DNA from: Okamejei kenojei
Taxonomy: Eukaryota
DNA: 64,000 bases
Reading direction: 5' to 3'
Assembly: GCA_035221665.1 (NCBI GenBank)
Contig: CM069146.1
Span: 10,540,001 to 10,604,000 of the forward strand
Made by a program: the position numbers and the translations under genes. Under the pieces are notes generated by a model that saw only the letters and a list, made by a program, of their open reading frames with translations, was not told where the DNA came from and did not search any database. Positions 12,743-22,239 of the stretch are shown here, in pieces; the stretch's first letter is position 1; each line of letters opens with the position of its first letter.

Positions 12743-13020
12743 TCTCTGCTTTCACTGCTTTCACACCACAAACAGCTTACAATGGCTTGTTCCCTTTATC
12801 ATCGATACTTTTTTGCATATCTTTCATTCATTGTTCTTTATCTCTCCACATCACCGTCTATATCTCTCGTTTCCCTGATCCCTGACCAGTCTGAAGAAGG
12901 GTCTCGACCCGAAACGTCGCCTATCTCCTTCGCTCCTTAGATGCTGCTGCACCCGCTGAGTTTCTCCAGCTTTTTGTGTAACCCTCGATTCTCCAGCATC
13001 TGCAGTTTCTTCGTTAACAC
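12743..13020 (+). mobile_element. Young 5'-truncated PLE 3' end with full tail and TSD
   Basis: Near-identical to the reverse complement of 56391-56615. ACACTGTATTCGG flanks it at 12730-12742 and 13017-13029. Confidence 0.9.
12889..12920 (+). ncRNA. Minimal type I hammerhead-ribozyme-like motif of the PLE terminal repeat
   Basis: CTGAAGA + A + GGGTC-TC-GACCC + GAAA + CGTC gives the conserved core, helix II and a palindromic ACGT helix III. Helix I has only ~2 bp in cis. Confidence 0.55.
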
Positions 13021-13758
13021 TGTATTCGGAGCTCCATCCTGGTCACTGTGATTACCATCACAGTTTTCCGATGGTACATTTAGCATCAAAACGGTACAAA
13101 TATTTGAAATTATGATTCTTTTCAAACTAACTTCTGCAATGCTGCATTTTAAGAAGAAGACTGAATTTTCCAATGCTGAGGCATTAAATTGTGGGAGGTG
13201 GGCAATGCCTCTCCATGTGCATTTTTTCATTGGGCAAATGCATTTTCTTTCGAAATCACTTTCAAAAGAAGGTGGAAAGTAATGATATTGATCCGCTGTG
13301 GGCCACACAGCATTAGGATATGGTTAAGGGTCAGTGAGTCTCTATTGCCAAGCTTGCAATCTCAGCTAAGCCATCTAGCGCTGATGGGGCTTTTCAGGCA
13401 TGCATGATAAACAAAAGGGAAGAAACAAAATGCAGAATATGTACTCAAGATCTGACTTGTTAGAAATCACAATGCGCCTGACCTACATCAAATATCTATC
13501 GCAGATCTGACAGGATTTGAGGCCAAGAGGAATATTCGAATGACATGGAGATTAATTCGGGATCATTCCCTTTTGATCGTGTTCATGTTCACAGTGTGAA
13601 GTTCTTAGGCATGAAATGTTCATTGATCAATAAGTGGACCTTTAGAAAATAAACATAAACATTAATGTATACCCAGGAAATGCTTTTAGAACACCCAGTC
13701 TTTGGTGTCACATACAACCCTCCATTGTATTTGATGGTGTACAGGAATAATTACACAT

Positions 13759-13814
13759 TGAGTTAATACTGGCCTCAGTAAATGCTCAATGAGTTAATAC
13801 TGGCCTCAGTAAAT
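13759..13814. repeat. 25-bp direct duplication with a 6-nt spacer
   Basis: TGAGTTAATACTGGCCTCAGTAAAT occurs twice, separated by GCTCAA. Confidence 0.9.
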
Positions 13815-16799
13815 TTGGTTTAAAATGGGACACCATTTGGAAGATGCTGTGAAACCTTTTCCCACAGGAGGTTGGGGGAAAATGGAAAGTGAGACAAGCC
13901 ATGCCACTCTTGTGCATCTCCTAGTGGCCTATTCATGAATGGCACTGACAGAGGTGGAGAGCAGATTACCTGCTCATCCTCTGACAGAAGATGGTATATA
14001 CTATTGGCAAAAGTCTGTGCATATTGAAGAAACATTTAGGGAACAAGAATATAGAATGGTTTTTGAAACACAAAATTCCACGGTAAAATTTTAAAACAGA
14101 ATTATGGTCTTATCAAAAGGTTAATCAAAATACTAAAATAATAATACAATTTTATCAATTGATGATAGTACCCGACAGAAAAATAAATTGTCGAAATAGC
14201 AGGTGCCTATCACAGTAAACTCAGCCGCAAGAAAAGAAGATTCCTCTTATCGAGCCATTATGGATCTGTTTATGCTCGATGCACTACCGTAAAGTATGGC
14301 ATTTAATAATCAACATTAAAGTTGACAAGGTTAGTTACATGGAATGCTGCCCAGAATCTCTCATGGTCGGCATTCACCAAATAAATGCATGCTGCATAAG
14401 AGGGCTCAGCAGAGGAAAATATCACATGAAACAAGGAAAAGCACTCAAACTTTCCCACAATGGAATTAAAACAATTGTTTTTTCACCTGAGTAAAAGTAC
14501 ACAGGATACATTTAATTAATAAAGGATTAGCCTGTTTGACTGTTATAAATAGTAGAGGACAGGTTTTTTTTTTAAATCACTTAAGTTTTCATTTAACGCA
14601 AAGTAAAATTTGATACATGGTGCAAAACATAAAATCAGATGCATGATACAGTTCTGGACTAGCTGTCTCTATACCATCATGCAGAAATATGCTACTGCTT
14701 ATACTGCAGGGCAAGCGTACAGTTCATCCCTGCAGGTGGCAATTTATATACTGCAGTTACAAACAAGAGAGGATGCCAAAAAAAACAACATTTGAATGTT
14801 AAGAGGCAAGAGGCATAAGCCATGGAATAATACTTAAAGATAGATTAAAAGCAGGTATAGAAAAAAGGAATGCAAAGTCTTGCCTCACAGTGTTTGTTTC
14901 CAGTCTCCCTCCCCTCCCCCACCTCCATAATGTGACAGTAACGTATACAGGAACAAATGCCTACTGATAATGGAAACATCAATAAAACATGCTTTATTCG
15001 CTTTGGTGCTTACCTTTTGGATAAAAGCAATACATTAGACATATCTGTCTGATAACTCCATGTTTCCAGAAGACATTAGAGCATCTAATAATCTAGAGCA
15101 CTACGAAGCCACTTAGCTGCCACTGAAGCAGGAGTCCAAGGACAGACGATGAACTGAACTACTGCAGACTACAAATTGACAGCTTTCCTGCCACCCTCCC
15201 TGAATGCCTGGAGAATTCACACAGCCCATAGAATACACGCACTGAAGATGCTAAACCAGGAATCAAATCATTCCATCTAAAAAATATAAATAGATAGATC
15301 ACTTCCAGTTTTTCCGCCTATAAACAGACAGGGTCACTTGTAACACATTGCATTCTGAAGTGAACACCAGATATTTCAGCCTGAATAACTAAATCTAGGA
15401 AATATAAGGAATGCACATTTATAACGATTCTTTTTTTTTGCGTTCGCTTTCAGAGGTTATTTAAAAGGCAATTGCTTTTTGAATGGGTTAAACAGAATTA
15501 AAAGATGGCAAAATCATTAATGATAATATTGCACCAGAAACACACTGAAATTAAAAGAAAATCTTTCACTGTTCCCAGCCAATACGCAGCATGCAAGAAA
15601 CAGCTCATAAAATATGATGTGCTTTTTGATACCCCCCAAATTAATATTTCTGTAATTAAATTACCTTCTAGCAACACAGTCAGAAACATAATGCATCACT
15701 CTCTCCCAGCAATAGTGTCCACACCATTTTCTCCACAGGCTCTGAGAAAATCAAAAATCCTAACAAGTCAAACATTATATGTCAGTTAAAAAGCCTCAGA
15801 TTTTTATTCATCCGCTCTGCTTACTTACTTGGCTATGTTATAATCACAAATCCAAAATGATTTCAATTATACAGCAGACTAATCACAGTTCAGCATCTGT
15901 ATGGGGTTGATAAGTAGGACTACATTACAGGAGTCCTACTGCAGACTGCACCATCTCAACAGAGGAACAGGGGAACATGAATTTCTCCGATAATATGTTA
16001 TTAATAAACCACGAGTGAAGAAACCACTTAAGCTCTTAATGCTGCAGCCTTCTGAACAAGACTAAATCAGGAGACATAGGATGCTGCACCAGGCAAGGAT
16101 GCACTGGAAAGGTTTTAATTTTAAACAGCACAGCATCATTTAGCAAATTTCAGTTTATCCCTGTAGGGCAATGACAAATATGGAAGATGGCACACTACCA
16201 GGAACATGCCACTTAATCAGAATAGGGAGAAACCTTCAAGGACAGACCGTCAACCTTCATCAGCAACACCGCACAAATTACACACCTCTGCACTCACCTA
16301 CTTTCTTCCTAAATTGAGCATCTGTCGAATTTATGGTAAACTGTGCATTAAAATAACTATTTCCAAACCTTGCATCTATTTTTCTCACTTAAACCATGAT
16401 CCAGTTAGCTACTTTGTTAATTTCAAATTGAGCATTTTTTAAATTGCAAAATTCAGATAAAAGCAGATATAAAATAATACAATGTTAATCCAGGCTTAAT
16501 GCCCATTTAATCACAATGCTTCAACTGCCTGCACTACAATAATGACACTGCCACAAGAATTTGCACATTAAAGGCACTAAATTACGATCTAATTAGGTAA
16601 ATAAATAGGCTCCGGTTTTCCACAGGGCTTTCAGATGTCTCCCAGCAGAAAGTCACAGGAGAACCCATGAACATCAGGAAAACTGCCATTAATGCCAGGT
16701 TTCCACCCTTCTGGGAGTCTTTTCAATGTCTTGCAAAGCCTAATATATCTATTTGTACCATCTTCCTCTTTGGCAGTCCCAAAGGGTTGGGATGAATTA

Positions 16800-17231
16800 A
16801 TTCCGCTTTGGTTTGGTACTTTCGTAGATGACAAATGAGAAAAACATGGAACTGCGGACACTTCAATAGATGGGCCAGTAGGTGCAGGTGGGCTGTTAGT
16901 TTGCGTGGTAGTGCCTCCTGCGGCCTCTGATGCAGAAGCTCTGTAGGCTCCTCATACAGGACCTTGAGGTCTCAATTCCTTCCTACATGCTTGTTCGCCA
17001 CTTGGAATCAGAATCCTCAAGGAAGCTTGTAACATGTTGTTTCATTGTTTTTTTCTGACCACCTGGTAACCACCTTGAATGACAGAGTGTTGTTTCAGGA
17101 GGCTAGTGTCAGCATGCAAATGGCACAACATGTCCAAGGTAACCAACTGTGGGTTACTAAGGTTTCATGGCTGGGAATGTTGGCCTGGGAATGGGCAATG
17201 ACTTTGCTTCAACCTTGCAGTGAATTGGAAG
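16800..17231 (-). mobile_element. Old RTE-clade LINE, 3' part (left of the DIRS insertion)
   Basis: Minus-strand remnants QANIPS, GGQKK and KWRTS.EGIE match the RTE ORF C-terminus. Confidence 0.7.
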
Positions 17232-17295
17232 ATTTTACTTCGGAGTCACGTGAGTGACTACGTGAAGACCCCGTCCAGCACGCATGCGCGACATT
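17232..17295 (+). repeat. DIRS left terminus / left ITR
   Basis: 17259-17295 is the exact reverse complement of 21608-21644. 17232-17269 pairs with ICR 21375-21412 with one mismatch. It contains the E-box GTCACGTGA and the NRF1-like CGCATGCGCG. Confidence 0.92.
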
Positions 17296-17420
17296 AGCGT
17301 TCATGCAGTGCACCCGCGACGAACGGGAGTTCAAGGCGCTCCCACTACATCGGGCCGACAGGTAAGTTTTACCGTGGCCGTGTGTCTTTTTCTCTGTGGT
17401 CTGCTTGTTTTCCAGATAGA

Positions 17421-18658
17421 ATGAGCAAGACCAGAGGGAAGAAATCTGCAGCTCGCCCCCATTCGTCCTCCGTTGAGGAATGCTCTTTGGAGGGGGGGCA
17501 AGAGGCGGCGGGAATAACTACCGAGCCGAGCCCAGCACCGCTCGTGCAGCCTGAGCAGCGGGCTGGAGGTACCTGCAGCCAGAACCGGGCGGTAGTGTCC
17601 GACGATTCGGATGAAGATGCCACACCGCTCGAGAGCAACACAGGCAGCCGCCTAAGCCGAATGGAACGGCTTATACAGCAATTGCTCCAGCGAGATCTGC
17701 TGAGAGAGCAGCAGCAGACTCGCCAAGGGAGCTCAGACACTCCCGCAGTGCCCTTTACGGCACTGGCCATTGCTTCACCTTCTTTTGAAGGCAGCATTGG
17801 CGACCAGGTCTGGGCTGGTCAAGAAGAGGGGTCGCTGGCTGAAGATGTCCGGAGTACGCAGGGTGTACAGGATCAGGAAGAGCTGCTGGGTGTGGTCAAC
17901 CGCTACGTGTCCATTCCACGAGCGGGTCGGCCGTTAGAGCCGAAACTTGCAGCCAGCATTGACCACCTGTCCTCAAAACCCCTACAAGAACAGGTGGTCA
18001 ATGAAGCTCTTGAACAATATACAGCCCCAGAAAATTGTACATCATTGAATGTACCAGCTGTAAACAGCCAAATTTGGGGACATTTGGGGCAGAACATCAG
18101 GAACCTGGAGTTGAAGCTCCAGAAAATCCTTAAACTCCTGACTGCAGGAATAACATCATATGCTCGGTCCATTAATGGTGTGGACATCTCCACAAATCAG
18201 CAAGACACATTAGCTCTGCTGTGCACCACTCAATATGAAATAAACAATTTACGGAAGGAAATCATCAAGCCTGCCCTCAACCCTAAATTTGCGGGACTTT
18301 GCAAAACACCGGGTTCAGAACCTCCAATTCTGCTCTTTCGGAAGGACCTTCCGAAAAAGGTGAAAGACCTAGAGGAAGAATCCAAGACCTTTGGTCTCGT
18401 GAGGGCAGGTTTGGGACCGAGCAGACCTAACAAACCCAGGCGGCAGTACCCCACGGCGTCCACCAGTCGTCGACCACCATATGGGACTGGTGAAAGCTCG
18501 GGGTCCGCAACCATTCCCCGTAAGCCTTTTTTAGGCCAGAGCGGACCCCATGGAAAATGCGCCACCCCCAACAACATCAACATCAACATCAACAGCAGCC
18601 CTCTACAGCCCAGCAGACGCCTCATCGTCCAGCGAAGAGGCAGAAGAAGCACCAGTAA
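17421..18658 (+). pseudogene. DIRS ORF1 (gag-like), probably frameshifted near 18535
   Basis: ATG at 17421 with motifs PENC.SLNVP.VN and LLF..DL..KVK. An alternative frame PWKMRHPQQHQ...KKHQ ends in TAA at 18656-18658, two nt before the pol ATG. Confidence 0.75.
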
Positions 18659-18660
18659 CC

Positions 18661-20238
18661 ATGGAGGTAGGTGGGTCTGGTTCCTCTCAGCATATGAGCA
18701 GTAGGGGCTCTATACTAACAGGGGGGAGATTGCACTTGTTTTTGGATGCATGGGAATCCATCACTAATGACTAATGACACTAATGACTCAGCAGCATTCA
18801 TGGCTATAAAATTGACTTTGTTCATGAAAACATTCCGCCAGTTCAGCATATACCCCAAAGAGTATTCACCCTCTCAGTCAAAGAGAAACAAGAGGGTCAA
18901 GCTGAACTGATGAGGCTACTAGCAAAAGGTGTCATTGAAAGAACAAAACATGAACCTTTGGAATTTGTGTCTAATATTTTCACTAAAATCAAAAAAGATG
19001 GTGGATGTCGCATCATCATTGACTTAACTACTTTAAACAAGTCTGTTAGGTATATACATTTCAAGATGGAAACTTTTGAAACAGCCAGACTATTGGTTTC
19101 TAGAGGGTACTTTCTAGCAAGCATTGATTTAAAAGATGCCTACTACTCAGTACCCATACACAAGGAGCATCGTAAATACTTAAAGTTTATCTGGATGAAA
19201 CAGCTATGGCAATTTAAAGCCTTACCAAATGGGCTAACCTCCGCTCCAAGGTTGTTCACTAAAATCTTAAAACCCGCCTTGGCATTATTGAGGAAACAAA
19301 AGCATATAGTCATGGCGTACTTAGACGACATTCTAATAGTAGGGGAAACCTTGGAGACAGCCATTTCGGCAGTAGCAGCCACCAAACGTTTGTTTGAAAC
19401 TTTGGGGTTTGTCATACATCCAGATAAATCCAATTTTACAACCATTCAAACGGATGCCAGTGCTTTGGGCTGGGGAGCAACTAACATGCAATCCAGCACA
19501 GGGGGCAGATGGACTAATTTTGAATCATCTTGCCTACAGACACGGGGTATCAACTACTTAGAAATGTTGGGTGCGTTTTATGGTTTAAAAGCATATTCAT
19601 CTAATACGCATCATGCACATGTCAGGTTGCAATTAGATAATACCACGGTGGTGGCTTATATCAACCACATGGGTGGTGTAAAGTCAATATCGTGTGACAA
19701 TTTGGTCAACCTAATCTGGCAATGGTGTGTCGAAAGACATATTTGGTTATCAGCAACTTACCTACCAGGTAAGCAAAATACAGTGGCAGACACCAGGTCA
19801 CGCAAATTCAATGATAACATCGAATGGATGTTAAATCCCAAAATATTTGCTGAAATTACAAAGCAATATGGCACACCAGATATCGATCTATTTGCATCCA
19901 GGCTGAATCACCAGGTACCAACGTATGTCACTTGGGAACCAGACCCTGAGGCAGCAGCAATTGATGCATTCTCGCTGCATTGGGGGAAAATGTTCTTTTA
20001 TGCTTTTCCTCCCTTCTGCCTCATCAGTCGGGTATTACGCAAGATTCAATTGGATTCCGCTTCAGGAATCTTGATAATACCCGACTGGCCTACACAGCCA
20101 TGGTTCCCAGTGGCCCTCGACATGGCTGATGAAACACCGTTGGAATTCCCCAGCAGTCGAGAATTATTAATCCACCCAGTGTCAGGCATTAGTCACCCGT
20201 GCCATGACAGAGTCAATCTCCTGGCTTGCAGATTCTAA
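18661..20238 (+). pseudogene. DIRS ORF2: reverse transcriptase, RNase H and adenine-methyltransferase-like domain
   Basis: Motifs IDLKDAY, LPNGL..APR.FTK, YLDD (19318-19329), TDAS..GWG, INYLE, DN, ADT.SR, DLFAS and YAFPPF. In-frame stops at 18772-18786 and an internal deletion near 19440. Confidence 0.92.
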
Positions 20239-21212
20239 AAAGACCTCTACTGGGCCTGGGACTGTCTGAGGACGCCATCAACATGATGACCGCATCCCAC
20301 CGGGAGTCCACCAGGAGACAATACCTGACCAACATAAGAAAATGGGAACGGTATTGCTCCAAAACAGGAACTACCTACACTACAGCTACAGCCACCAGTG
20401 TTGTGGAGTTTCTGGTTGGATTACATCGGGAAGGACTCAGCTACAGCGCCATTAATACAGCCAGGAGTGCGTTGTCAGCTTATTTGGTTCCAGCAGCAGG
20501 ACAACTGGCTTTGGGGTCCCATCCACTAGTGGTCAAAATCATGAGGGGCATTTTTAACACCAATTCCCCCAGACCAAGGTACACTCAGATCTGGGATGTC
20601 AGCATTGTACTGACGTACCTTAGGGGATGGCCACCACCCAGGTCACTCACGCTGGAACAACTTACTCTGAAATATGTCGTGCTCATGGCACTAGTGTCAG
20701 CTCAAAAGGTACAGTCCCTCCACCTTCTGAGGCTGGACAGCATGACAGAGTCATTGGACTGTTTCACATTTCATATTCAGGGACTGGTCAAACAAACTAG
20801 ACCAGGTACCACGCCTCCAGTCATGGAGTTCCGGGCATATTCATCTGACCCACGGCTGTGTGCCAAGACCCATCTCGCCAATTACATAGACACAACATAC
20901 AACTTAAGAGGGAGAGAAAAAGCCTTATGGATAAGCCACAAGAAGCCTCATGGTCAGGTGACGAGACAAACCATTTCAAGGTGGCTCAAGCAGGTGCTTA
21001 AGTCCGCGGGAGTCAATACAAATGTTTACAAATCTCACTCCACCAGGGCTGCATCTACGTCGGCGGCTAGGCGAATGGACGTGCCTATGGACCATATTCT
21101 GGCCAGAGCAGGATGGTCCTCGGAAAGAACTTTCCAAAGGTTTTATAATAAGCCGCTGGCGGAACCTGCTACATTTGCAGACAGAATTTTAGAGTCTGCA
21201 GCTAATATTTAA
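20226..21212 (+). CDS. DIRS tyrosine recombinase (first ATG at 20283; first catalytic Arg appears as Lys)
   Basis: Motifs YSAINTARSALS, HSTR and AGWS...F.RFY. VSAQKVQ stands where SAQR is expected. Confidence 0.9.
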   Translation: MQILKRPLLGLGLSEDAINMMTASHRESTRRQYLTNIRKWERYCSKTGTTYTTATATSVVEFLVGLHREGLSYSAINTARSALSAYLVPAAGQLALGSHPLVVKIMRGIFNTNSPRPRYTQIWDVSIVLTYLRGWPPPRSLTLEQLTLKYVVLMALVSAQKVQSLHLLRLDSMTESLDCFTFHIQGLVKQTRPGTTPPVMEFRAYSSDPRLCAKTHLANYIDTTYNLRGREKALWISHKKPHGQVTRQTISRWLKQVLKSAGVNTNVYKSHSTRAASTSAARRMDVPMDHILARAGWSSERTFQRFYNKPLAEPATFADRILESAANI

Positions 21213-21374
21213 TTTAAGCCGGGGGAGCTCTCTGTTTTTTGTTGTCATTAATAAACCTTTATTGTTCACAAACAGGTTATTGTTGATTGTAATAACATAC
21301 TTCCTCCCTCTAAGGTCTTCAGACAGTGAGTGAAGCATGAGCTGGTACACGGTTCGGATTCACAGAGCTTTGAA

Positions 21375-21488
21375 GTCTTCACATAGTCACTCACGTGACT
21401 CCGAAGTAAAATAGTAAGATTAAATGAGAACTTACCAGTTCGAAGTTTGATCTGTATTTTATGAGGAGTTACGATGAGGGATTACGTG
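21375..21488 (+). repeat. DIRS internal complementary region (ICR)
   Basis: 21375-21412 is complementary to the left end and 21407-21488 to the right end 21639-21720. The halves overlap at TAAAAT (21407-21412). Confidence 0.95.
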
Positions 21489-21607
21489 CCCTCCGCTCCC
21501 ACCCTCTATTATACAGATCAACTGGTAATTAAGTTCTTATTTTTTCTTTACTATATTTATTTCAATTGTTGTGTTTTTTCTGTGAATCCACACCGCTGCT
21601 TTGAAGA

Positions 21608-21720
21608 AATGTCGCGCATGCGTGCTGGACGGGGTCTTCACGTAATCCCTCATCGTAACTCCTCATAAAATACAGATCAAACTTCGAACTGGTAAGTTCT
21701 CATTTAATCTTACTATTTTA
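21608..21720 (+). repeat. DIRS right ITR plus right extension
   Basis: Inverted copy of 17259-17295, followed by the segment complementary to the ICR and ending in ATTTTA. Confidence 0.92.
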
Positions 21721-22030
21721 TCAAGACAGCATGCTGCATTTTTTTGGGAGCTTAGCGGTGCCTATGTTATATAGCCCAAGTCTCAGTCGCATTCAGGAGG
21801 GCAGGCTTGATTGGTGCCTAATAGTTTTATGCCAATTCCGAAGGTCTTGACTCGAACCTTTGATCTTCAATCAAAAAACGCTTAGAAGATGGTGACCTTT
21901 GTCAAGAGACGGATCCTGAGATATGGAAAGTTATCCACAGTTCCCAGAAACCAGTTGCTAGCATTTATTGTTGGTGGGTAGTATGGTGCATTGTGAGTAG
22001 ATTGGTAGCAGAACTTATTGGGAAATTCAG
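21721..22030 (-). mobile_element. Old RTE-clade LINE, upstream part (right of the DIRS insertion)
   Basis: The minus strand reads TVDNFPYL and PALLNATETWAI, continuing across the DIRS into C-L-x-K-I...I-H. Confidence 0.75.
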
Positions 22031-22239
22031 CCAGTTATCACAGAACGTTGCAATCACCAACAGTGAAGAGAAAAATAAGGCTATTAAATAAAACAAATGC
22101 TCAGAACCAGACTGTTTCCATCTCAAGTATTAAGAGAAGTGAATGAAAGTAATGTTAGAGTGGGAACTATAATCCTTCAAAGTTTTCTGGATTTGACAAC
22201 TATTGCATTAAATTGAATTGTTGTTTATGTTGCTTTGCT

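Larger units (their letters stand above)
17232..21720 (+). mobile_element. Full-length DIRS1-type tyrosine-recombinase retrotransposon (inactivated copy)
   Basis: It carries gag, RT-RNaseH-MTase and YR ORFs, inverted terminal repeats, and an internal complementary region matching both ends. Confidence 0.95.

Noticed and set aside
16631-16960. Protein-like minus-strand reading (ASASEAAGGTTTQTNSPPAPTG...) as a host exon
   Set aside because: Explained by the decayed C-terminus of the RTE LINE.
17369-19445. Antisense ORFs over the DIRS element (142, 96, 140, 75 and 100 aa)
   Set aside because: They are shadows of the sense ORFs and have no recognisable motifs.
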